Shown here in pieces: positions 16,262 to 27,200 of a DNA stretch of 64,000 nt. Position numbers and translations under genes: made by a program. Where the stretch lies: NCBI GenBank assembly GCA_009103225.1, contig RHPI01000160.1, positions 17,860-81,859 of the forward strand, written 5' to 3'. The notes under the pieces were generated by a model, which worked only from the letters and a program-made list of their open reading frames with translations, had not been told where the DNA came from and ran no database searches. The DNA comes from Chlorokybus atmophyticus (lineage: Eukaryota > Plantae > Mesostigma and Chlorokybus algae). Position 1 is the stretch's first letter, and each line of letters opens with the position of its first letter.

Positions 16262-18473
16262 CGTACCATAGCACAACACACTCACGCGTGTTAGGTGGGC
16301 ATTGGATGTGGGGTGTGGGGTGCAAGCTCGTGGTGATACTGTGGCAGTCTGTGTGCTTGCTTAGGGGCTTGGTTACTGACTGACTATCTGTACATATATA
16401 TTCGCAAACGACCTACTCTACTGTGTGTTATTATACCAGAGCTTACTAAGCACTGGGACTACGGCAATCCTCCACCGGGTGACAGGTTCTACATGTTGAT
16501 GATGATGATATTAGTTGCTCATGACGGCTCTACTCTGGCTGAATGGAGCTGGCTGAGCAAGGGGTGCCATCACTTGATACAGCTGTGCGCGAGGCGCGTG
16601 GCGATCGAATGGTTCGAGCAAGTTGCCTTCCGTCCATGACAATACCATGAAGTTGGAGACGGCATCAAGTTAAGAATTGGTTACCTAGTCAAGGGCAAGC
16701 AAGTCTACTTGTAAAAACCACAACACAGCATTACAGTCTCAGCACAGGTAGCAACTGTTGACATGCAAGAGGGCAGCATGTTGGGCGAGACATGACGCAA
16801 GGCACAACCGCTGTGAGTATGCGGTGTGCCCACCCATTGCACACGCAACTCAAGCTCGGCACAATCTAACACGTGCAAGCACGCTGTGGGTGCAGCTTGT
16901 GAAAGTCCAATTGTGGATGGTATTGGCCCTCCTATACGCGTCTTGTTGTAATGAGCGCACGCACATGCAAGCATATCTGTAGGCGTTCTTCCTTCCTCAG
17001 CCCCTTGTTGTTGCGTCACCAGCGCATGCTTGCCTCTCGCTGTGTATGTGTGCATGCATGTGCTGAGTGTTAGCATGCCGAACGCACAGTGATGTCCAAA
17101 TGTTTTCATACGCACGAATGCGTGCATGCATTCGTGCGTGTGAAAGTAGCGACCAAGAGAGTGCTTATGCACGCGGGCGCTGTTTGGTAGATGAACCCAA
17201 AAGTTAGCTTATAACCCCTGCTCTCACCTCTTCCCCCGCCGCCCACGCCCAGTGCGTAGATGCCTAAACACTGCGAAAATGTCCATTAAGGAGCCTAGCC
17301 CTCATGATCATTAACTGCCTGGTTAAGACCAAAGGGACGCAAAAAGTGGCCTTTCAACGGAAAAATTTGATATTTTAGGTTATTGTTAGTATACATTATT
17401 GACGGTGGCAGTTGTGGACGTGATACACGACTTGGTATAAGTTAAGTGTCAATGCCGTATTCAGGTGCGACCGGCAATGAAGTTTGATTATCCAGTTCTT
17501 GGCCGACCGTGCCTACGGCGAGCGGTCAATCTATCCGAAACTTAGACGGGTTGTAGGACTTTAAGAATGTACTTGCTTCAAGTTACTCTGCGAGGTTCAG
17601 AGGTTACAATTGACTGCATCTTTCCTAATAATTACTCTCACTTCAAATAAATAGTTTTTAATCTCAATACATAATTTTGTTATGATGTTATTACCAATGC
17701 CTACCAAACGTGTCCACGAAGCACCGTTTCCAAATAAGACCCTTCTCCCGATTGTCGCGATATGACAGGCAAGAAAAAGGCTGATTCCAAATAAACAATG
17801 CGCACGATTTATAAAATTTAGCAATAAGTGCCTACTTATATTTTACGTATACCGAAATCTCAGTTTGTTAATATGTGTTTATATGGGAACATGTATACTG
17901 TAACGTGTTTGTGCGCGTGGACTCCACTCGGAGTGCAATTTAAAATAATTAATTACGTCATGTACGCATAATGACCTTGTAATCCTTCTCTTGTTTGCTT
18001 ATTTGGCTCTTATTGCGTATATTTAGCATACTATAATTGTCATGCTCGAGAACAACATTGTGTGTTGTACAAGATATGTGCAAGGCTGCATCCAATGAAT
18101 ATCAAATCAAGACTTTTAAGTAAAGCAGATACGGCTATGCACGATCAAATGATGTGGACTATTAGTTAGGGTCTCTGGTCTTAACATCATCCACAATTAA
18201 ACATAATTCCTATATCATTATGTTATGAGAGTGAAGCGCAAGCTTTTACACGTTGTCCATACCCAAGTTTATCAACTTTGCCATTCACAAAGGCTGCTCT
18301 GCTTATAAAATCTATACATTTAATTAGAGCATGTTTTAAAACTGAAAACAATAAATGAAGTTAATGCAGATATAACTGCATTAACTTTATTATAATTATG
18401 TGAATATTATTGTACGCTATAGTGTTTGACACATAAGCGTTGATAAACAATAAGACTTAGCAGTTACGTTTGA

Positions 18474-19050
18474 TTTTAATACGCGCGAAGCGCGCAAGCT
18501 TTGCACATACACCTCGAGCTCACATTTATGGATCATTTCTTACTTTGTTCTTTTCGTGTTTCGATTTTACATTTACATTTGATAGACGCATGGACTTTAT
18601 ACTTAATGGCTCCAAATATATATAAATATACATATACAATACTTAAATCTGAGGCTTTTGTTATATTTATTATTGAAGTAAAATGTACGTGTCTTTACAA
18701 CAACACATTATTAATGAGCATGCTTGCCAAGTGGAGCAGCCAATGCCACAACTTAATGCACTTTGGTTGTATAATGTGCAAAGTTTGCGCGCTTCCTGCA
18801 CACATTATTGGTTCAATTATACATGACAATCTCGATAAATTGTGTTATTTTATCGTAAAAGCATGTTGATTGAAATATGGTATGCATAAGTAAACGACAT
18901 ATGTTACAAGTAAGCCACAGTTACATTTGTCGATAGCTGTATACATTTATTGCATCAACACATTGCTTGCAATATATGATGGTTATTAACAAATAAAACA
19001 ATGTGACATGTGCGAAAGCTTGCGCGCTTCGCGCTTTCGCAAAGCACGCA
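18474..19050. mobile_element. Non-autonomous AT-rich element with subterminal inverted repeats (MITE or Helentron/HINE-like)
   Basis: GCGCGAAGCGCGCAAGCTTTGCACAT (18483-18508) is the reverse complement of 19008-19034 apart from a 1-nt insertion. A third partial copy sits at 18774-18795. A T-run precedes the left repeat and a small hairpin GCTTT-CGC-AAAGC (19033-19045) follows the right repeat. Confidence 0.6.
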
Positions 19051-20103
19051 TTCAAGAGAATATGTTTGTTGGCATTTATATGAAAAAAGAGTAAATATTA
19101 AGCAGCTAATGTAAGAGACAGATCTTTCACATGCATGTGCATGTGAAGTGTATGTGGCGCTACTGGAATGCAATTTGTTATGCAACTTGACCGCGACTTG
19201 CTGCTGTAGAAGTGACTGTCATCACTGTTATCACTTGCGTGTGTTAAAACGTGACATCCATTGGCCGTTGAACGCTTGTTGTCAAAGCGGTTCAGTCATC
19301 AGCCGGACACTTTGAACATTTAGTCCCCCCCCCCCCTACCCCTCACCCTTCCAATCGGTGACCCAAAGGTTTTGGGCAAAAATGCACTCGAATACTTACG
19401 AGCTTCCTTGCATAATTCTCCTCGGAACTTTGGGGCCTGACTCTATATTTACTGGAAATCTGGCCCGAATCACTACACTAATCGGAAAAAACCCTTTCGT
19501 AGTTGCCGCGGCCTGACGCGGGACGAGGCGGCTTGGGGAGGACTTACGAGTGCGATTTCCCTGTTAGCGATTTTGAAGAAGACCGCGGCCCCTTACAACC
19601 CCGGTCTGCGATACATGTGGCGAACTTCAACCGACGAAACGCGGTCAGACGTTGTGTCACCGCTAAAACTTGAATGCGTTTGCGATCGCGTCACGTCCTA
19701 CTAATCGTAACGTGAGGTCAAAACGTAACACCCGAGATTTGATGTATCTTCGCGACAATGGAACGCTAACGTGAACGTCACGCATTGTGGTGTGACCCGA
19801 AGTCACGTGTTCCGTCGCAATTGGCAGGTTTTCTAAACCGCGCTACGTCGCGGTTAACGTGTGTGTGACCGAGGCTTATAAGTCCCGTGCGTATGCCTTT
19901 TTCAGGCAATCGGGCCGCGGGGGCCTTACAGTGGTCGCTCCAAGTGTGTCGCACTGCGTACCTTAGAGCCTTAGCAAGCTCCGCGCTCTCGTGTTGCTGC
20001 TGCGGCGTGTGGCCTGGTCCGGCCTGAGCTCTTTCGGCGGCGTGCTTGTGGTGGAGTCCGGAGGCTGCGCCATTTCCCATTGTCGGCGTCGTTGTTGCTG
20101 CTG

Positions 20104-22017
20104 ATGTCGACGTTGGCCTCGCCAGGCGCCGGCGTGGTGCAGGCAGCCTTGCTGCTGGAAGCTGATTTGGCCTGCTTGACGAAACAGCGCCATGATCTTC
20201 AAGCGAACATCAGGTAGTTGCATGTGGTAGTAGTACGCGTGTTGGTCTGCCATGGCTGCTATATAACACACAGTGGCGGTGGTCAGGAGAGCGGCTCCCG
20301 ATTCTGCCAGCGACGTGTGGAAGCCTGGCAAATACGCCGTGGTGCGGACCGAACTGAAAGCAGCCTCCGCCTGCACAACGCAGAGACACACACAACCATC
20401 ACCGTCGTCAACGTTGCCTCAGCCTCAGAGGTGCAGTGGGCGCAAAGGAACATGTGCTTGCTGTGGTTGTCCCCAACCCTCCCACCTCCACCGTCCATGC
20501 ATGTGCGAGAGAGTCCATCACAATTGTTCTGATTGCTTAGGTGTTCTGACACAAAACACTCACACACATACCCAGACACGCACCGACGCAGGCGCAGTTA
20601 TGCACACAGACGTATGCAGGCACACGTGCACACACCTATACACAACACGAGCACGCACGCACGCACGCAGAGCGCAGCCGACGCTTGTTCGGTGTTGGCA
20701 TGCGCGTCTGCTTTAGCTGTGTGCAATTCACTGCACTGTTTTCGTCCTGCTCTGTGTACTGGTGGACACGCAAGAACTTGCATGCACAAGTCTTGATAGT
20801 CCCTTACACGTGCAGCAGCAGAGCAGCGGAGAAAAGCGCCGTGCTGCCACGGAAGCCGCTGCTGATTGCGAGTCCAATTAGCTCGCAACCACACGGCGTG
20901 GTGCTGTTTGCGCACGGCTTCATGATGCTCAACTCCTACTACTCCACACTCATCGAACACATCGCCTCACACGGATACATCGTCATCGCCCCACAGGTGG
21001 GTGGAATGGGGTGGTGGACACGCGTCCCCCACTCGTGTATGCGTATGCGTATGCATGTGTTTATGCGTGCATGCTTGCGCGTGCTTGTATGCGTGCGTGT
21101 GTGTGCGTTCCTTTGAGCGTACAAGTAGGGGTGCATTGGTTGATTCAGATGGTTGTGGTTATGTGACAAGAACTATACCCGCAGAGTAATCACACATTGT
21201 CGAGTGCGGATTGTTCAGAGGAGCTGGAGGGGTTGTCGCGTGTGCTCGACTGGCTGCCCGGCAACTTGGCGGCATCTGTCCAGTCATGCACACCTGATTT
21301 GAGGAAGTTGGTGCTTGTGGGCCACAGCCGCGGGGGGAAAGTAGCTTACGCCCTCTCGCTCGGCCTCAAATGCACCTTCCAACTCAAAGTCAGCGACCTG
21401 ATAGGTTGGTGCCAGGTTTGTGCGTGCGTGCGTGCGCGTGTGTGCAAAGAGACAACAGTTTTGAGGACTTGCCTATGCAGCTTTTGATCCTGTGGACGGT
21501 GACAAGAACAGCATCCCCCGCGTGACAAAAGCCAGCTTTGGGTTCCCCTTCCCAACACTGCTCATCGCTTGGTGCGACACATTATTTCTGTGAGCGAAGA
21601 GCATGTGAGCTGCATGCCGAACCAGAATTGTGTTGGCTCATGCGTGCATATGTGCATGTGTACAGCGGCTTGGGAGACAAGTGCGTGGTGCAGTGCGCGC
21701 CGGCGGAGATGAGTCACAATGCCTTCTTCAGTGCATGCGCGAGCCAGGTATACCATTTCATTGGCCAGGATGCGGGCCACATGGACTTCCTCAACGACAA
21801 GATCCTGGATGGCTCGCCTATGCACCGTCTTGCCACGCATGTGTGCCCGCCTTATGGCCGTAAACATAAACGCGCGCCCATGCGTGCGTTCGCTGCGGGC
21901 GTGTCTGTAGCATACTTGCGCTCGCTTTTTGATAGCCGCAGCACTGTCTTTAAGGATATTGTCGCTGAGCCCGAAAGCGTCCCGGATATTATAGTCATTG
22001 TCCAAGTCAAGAATTGA
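20104..22017 (+). CDS. CLH: Chlorophyllase (alpha/beta hydrolase), 6 exons, about 365 aa, start codon uncertain
   Basis: Exons 20104-20213, 20287-20430, 20816-20996, 21185-21404, 21481-21571, 21666-22017. Motifs: DVWKPGKY, PRKPLLI, VVLFAHGF...YSTLIEHIASHGYIVIAPQ, nucleophile GHSRGGK, DPVDG, CAPAEMSH, GHMDFLND. The Ser-Asp-His triad is intact. Confidence 0.9.
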
Positions 22018-23340
22018 TTACCCACACAACTCCATAGTTGTGGTTTGGTACATGTATATAGTGTTTACAACCTGGTGTATTAGAGAGTCGTCTAGCGCAT
22101 AGCTGCAACTGATAGGAGCACGTGTACGTTTCAACCCAACAAAAGAGTTATTAGGTGTCGACGAACAGTTTAGCCACAGTGAGTGCAGTATGTGCTTGCG
22201 GACGTATTGCTTGGTATGGGGCGCACCAGGTTTATGTTATCATTAAGTTTGCAACAAGTCCCATGCTGAACAGCATTACGCAAACCTCACACATGAAAGA
22301 ACAACTTTTATTCAATATCTTGCATTATCAAAAGAAGAAAAGGCCTAGCTGACGTGGATACGAGTATTGTAATAAATGCTTACTACAACTATCCCTAGCT
22401 ACTGATTAATGCGAATTGCTACGCGATTTTAGCCAAAAGTGTGTGCTTGTGAGCTGCACCACAGCAAGCTTTCCCGTTATGGCATCGACGCTCTTGGTTT
22501 GTGCCTTTCGCGGCCGCCCTTTGTTGCGCAAACTTCCATCAACATTTGGCGCACATGAAAACACGTTAAACTGTATGGTCAGTGTACCGCGCGCCAAGGT
22601 GCGACTGTTGCACACCATTCATGGCCAAGGGCTTGGGGAAAGCAACATTGAATATGGTTTATGTGGCATGCACAAACCATGGTGGGCGCCACTACCGTGA
22701 CGCCAAAGGGCTGCTATCATAGCATGTTCCCTTCAGACAATACTGGCATTGAAATTGGGAAGGTTGCGCCAAATCTGGTGCGTACAGTTGGTTGCCAGTT
22801 ATAGCGTGAAAATGCCAAAACCACCATTAACAATCGAGTAAGCATGAGCCATGATTGGTTATTGCGGTTTGACGTCTGGTTGTTACCCTGGTTCGCAGCT
22901 TCCACCATCCGCAATTGCCTCCGTGTCATGTATAGTGCGAACATGGGAACGTCCGCACCACACATGCATATATACGATTTTTCGCAGTGTTATTGGTTTG
23001 TTATAAGCGGCATGTGTAGGTAATAATATATTGCGTTTATATAATTCCTATTGTGTACGTGTATATATATATACACCGAACAAACGGAAGCTAAGACCGA
23101 ACAACTTACAACAAGCGCTGGTGGTAGTATTATAAATGTATAAATGTATTGTAATAAAATCACATGACAAATGCAACCGACGATAGTAGAGACACAAGAA
23201 ATCGTGCGTATTGTTACACGTACACACACATACTATGTAATTAGTACATATATATACACACATGTATATATATATACATATGTACATATATGTACACATA
23301 TACATACATATATACACATACTTAACAAAAAGTATGTTAA

Positions 23341-23519
23341 CCTGTGGGTCGCCGTAAGATACGAAGATTTCGCGACACTACACGGTATATACATATATAT
23401 ATATGGTATATATAGGGTATAAATATGGTATATATATGGTATAAATATAAATAAATATATATATATATGTATATACCGTGTAGTGTCGCGCAATCTTCGT
23501 ATCTTACGGCGACCCAAAG
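23341..23519. mobile_element. 179-bp MITE-like foldback element flanked by TTAA on both sides
   Basis: Arms 23345-~23400 and ~23461-23516 are about 56 bp with 1 mismatch (TGGGTCGCCGTAAGATACGAAGATT[T/G]CGCGACACTACACGGTATATAC...) around a TA-rich spacer. TTAA at 23337-23340 and 23520-23523. Confidence 0.75.
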
Positions 23520-23779
23520 TTAATATACTCTCTCTCTCTCTCTCTTTGTGGATTCACACATACATACCAGCTTGGCGCTACTTTAAGTGCCAAAAATAGA
23601 ACACCACAATAGGAACTTGCGTACGAACATTGACTCTTATAAGGCACGCATTGAGCGCCGCAATGCCACTACACGTGTACGACGTCGACGGCGTCGGCGC
23701 GCGATTCCGGACGCCGTTGATGTCGATGCTTCCAACTGCGACGAGCCGCGTGGCGCTACGTACCAGGTAACTTTCATTT

Positions 23780-24051
23780 TCAGCAGCGGCGCTTTCAGGG
23801 GCAGCCCCTGCCTAGTGCGCATGATGCATTTGCAGGTTTGGCGACGGCGGGAGCCTGCCATTGGCTTGCAGCCTGGTGCGGCCGCGGCCCACTCCCAGTA
23901 CAGCTGGTCGTGCTGTGCTGACTGGACGGCTAGCAGCGGGCGATAGGATGGAAGCGTGGTCTGCACCGCGGCCGCGTGGTAGCCCGTGGCTTGGCTTAGT
24001 GTGCCTAGGCGGCCTAGCACACTAAGCCAAGCCGCGGCCTGCCACGCGGCC
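23780..24051. repeat. Diverged partial copy of the 333-bp repeat family followed by an 82-bp hairpin
   Basis: CAGCGGCGCTTTCAGGGG and GGCTTGCAGCCTGGTGCGGCCGCGGCCCAC are shared with 1176-1508. Imperfect inverted repeat 23970-24009 versus 24013-24051. Confidence 0.75.
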
Positions 24052-24237
24052 TACCACACTTGGTTCAGAGAGTGCAAATCTAGGGCATGGGGCCTGTCGG
24101 TAGTGATAAAGGGGTCGTCTTTGTCCTCCTCGCCCTGGCGCAGCGGGGCAACGGCGGGGCAAGGGTTCTGCTTGGGGGGTTCGGGGGAGAAGTGCTTGCG
24201 TGCCTGCGTGCGTGCGTGAGGCGCAGCAGCCGTGGCC

Positions 24238-27200
24238 ATGACAGGAGGGCAGGCCGACGTCATGGCCACAGCAGTCGGGCTGGTGGTGCAGAGGGCCAGC
24301 TCCGAGTGGGCTGCTGCAAAAGAGCAGGAGCCGTCCAACTTCGTGTAAGTGTGGTGTTGGTGGTTATGGGTCGAGAGTCTTGGTTGAATCCATCCATCCT
24401 ATGCATGGCCTCTTCTTCTGCTTTGCTGATCCCTGACTGTGCTTTGCTTCAATAACCCCAGGTTGGCATCGCCTGAGAAGCTGAAGGAGAGGGAGCGCGA
24501 GCAGCTCGTGGCCGGCGTCCTCCAGGACGCCGACGCCAGCAATGAAGCATTCACCCGCCGGGTCCGCGAGCGCATGGACAGGTTCGCTCACTCAGCATGT
24601 TAAATCAACATGTGCGCTTGTGAAGCATCCAGCCGCAAAGCATCTCCCCCCCCCCCCCAAAAGCGCAGTCGTGATAGGTTGTGCTACTGCTCAGGCGCGA
24701 ACTCACGCACTGCATAGCATGCAACCAGCTGTGTGCTCTATATATCGGGCCAACAATGAGGCTCATGTTTGTGTGTGTTTTGGACAGAGCTGGAATTGAG
24801 ATTCCAAAGGTGGAAGTGCGAGTCAAGGACCTGGAGATTGCGGCGGACGTGTATGTGGGGGACCGTGCGCACCGGACACTGCTGAACGCTGTGAGGAACA
24901 TCGTCGACCAGTACCTCCTCTTCTGGATAGCTGGCAAGAACAAGCGCGAGTTTAGCATCCTCCACAAGATGAGCTCCATTATTAAGCCCGGGCGCTATAC
25001 CCTACTGCTGGGTCCCCCCGGTGCAGGCAAAACCACCCTCTTGAAAGCGCTTGCCGGGAAGCTGGGCAATCAGGTACGTGTCCATGTATATCTGATCGTT
25101 GGCCATGCATGTTGAGCGATATTAGATAGTTGATAGCTGTTGTGTGTGCTGTGTATGAGGCTATGTGTGCATGTGCGCTTGTGTGTATGGACGCATGCGC
25201 ACACGTGCGTGCATTGCACCTGTGTGTCACGGTGCTTGTGTGTGGCGTTTTGCGCCCACGCACACTCGTACGCCTTCGTGTGCGCGCGCGCGTATGTGTG
25301 TATGTCTGTATGGACGTGCGCGCACACGCATGGGTGTGCACATGTGTTCCTGAGTGGTTGTGTGTGCGCCTGTGCACATGCGTGTCTGCGTGCACACGTG
25401 CCCACATGCAATATGTGTCTCGCAGACAAATCATAGTCACACCCTCTGTTGTTGACAATTGTCGTCATAGGAGCTGAGAATCAATGGCGAGATCACTTAC
25501 AACGGTGAGACGCTTGACAAGTTCGTAGTGCCTCGCACGTCCGCCTACATCGAGCAAACCGACTCTCACTTGGGAGAGCTGACTGTGCGCGAAACTCTCG
25601 ACTTTTCTGCTCGCATTCAGGGTGCTGGACAACGTGCAAGTAAGGACTTCGTCATGCTATGATATAGCCGAGCATGTTGCATGTCATTGCAGCAGTGCTT
25701 GCATGCATGTGCATGGGAACCACCTATCAGAAGCCGATGCAATGGTGGTATGTTTTGCAGGTGTGCTAGAGGAGCTGGTAAAGAAGGAAGGAGAGATGGG
25801 CATCTTGCCTGATCCGGAGCTCGATGCCTTCATGCGCGCAGCAGCTGTTGAGGGCGAGCGCCACTCGGTCATGACGGACTACATCATGAAAATCTTTGGC
25901 ATCGACTTCGTTGCTGATACTCCTGTGGGCAACGAGGTGATCCGCGGAATATCTGGTGGGCAAAAGCGTCGCGTCACAACCGGTAGGTGGTCTGCCATTG
26001 CCCATGGCATGATGCAGTTGCACTCGATAGCTTGTGGCTTTCAGCTGCGTTGTATTTGTGTGGTTTTTATTTATTCCTTGATTTGATTCAACTGCTTGCA
26101 CCTGCAGCTGAGATGCTTGTGGGACCCAAAACGACTCTTTTCATGGTGAGCAGCCTCGAGATCTTCAGCTTGTCGTTGCAACGCTGTGCATGCACTCAGC
26201 AACGCGAATCCGTGCATTGCCTGTCCCAGGACGAAATCAGCACAGGCCTGGATGCTTCCACAGCCTGGAGCATTGTGAAGGCTGCCCAGAACTTCACACA
26301 CGCGCAGGATGCCACCATTGTGATGGCTCTGCTGCAGCCACCGCCAGAAATCTACGACCTATTTGACGACATATTCCTCTTGTCGGAGGGCCACGTTGTG
26401 TTTCATGGGCCACGCGAACAGGTGTGCGAGCACCTGCCTTGAAGCTCTTCACGTTTTCTTTTGTGCGTGTGTGCCAGAGAGTGCAATACGCTGGTATAGC
26501 CCGCTGCTTTAGGTGGCAACATCTGCGCATCGTCTTGCACAGGTGTTGCCTTTCTTTGAGGAGTTGGGATTCAAGTGCCCCGTTCGCAAGGGCACTGCAG
26601 ACTTCTTGCAGGAGGTGACATCAAGGAAGGACCAACAGCAGTATTGGTGCAAAACCAACAAGCCCTGGCATTACATATCCGTGCCAGAGATGTCGGCTTA
26701 CTTTTATGAGAAACCCATGGGCAAGCAGATACTGCAGGAGCTTGAAGAGCCTATCCCACCTAACAAGTTCCGCCCAGATGTACGTGGTGGTGTGATGTGC
26801 TCAGTCTATCCCTTGCCCACTGTGTTCAATTCAACTGTTGCTCCGAGCCTCCCTCGTCCTTGTTTGTCAGCACACCTGCTTGGCTGTGTTCGCCCTTCAG
26901 TGCAAGTGCATTTAATGATCAACCACAACTTCTTTCCGTTGCAGGCACTTGTCAGAACCCAGTTTGCCCTCAATGGGCTGCAAATGTTCAAGGCATGCTT
27001 GAACAGAGAGCTTATCCTCATGAAGCGCAACAAATTTATCTATCAGTTCCGCACGGTGCAGGTAAGTAGGATGTGCACTGTCTTGGCCGTTCTCGGGTTT
27101 TCATGCAAATTACAGGTTACGCGCACAACGCTTGCAGCATGTTTGTGACAGTTATTCTACGTGATGCAGCTCACTGTGCTGGCTTTGGTGACATCAACAC

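Noticed and set aside
24087-24455. ATG 24087 ORF as first exon of the ABCG gene
   Set aside because: Its frame is not phase-compatible with exon 24462-24581 at the GTAAGT donor (24345), whereas the ATG 24238 frame is.
24982-25477. Several overlapping 98-158 aa ORFs rich in H/T/C/V/A (similar ones at 15390-15791, 23048-23517, 63190-63996)
   Set aside because: They are translations of CA/GT/TA low-complexity intronic or intergenic repeats.
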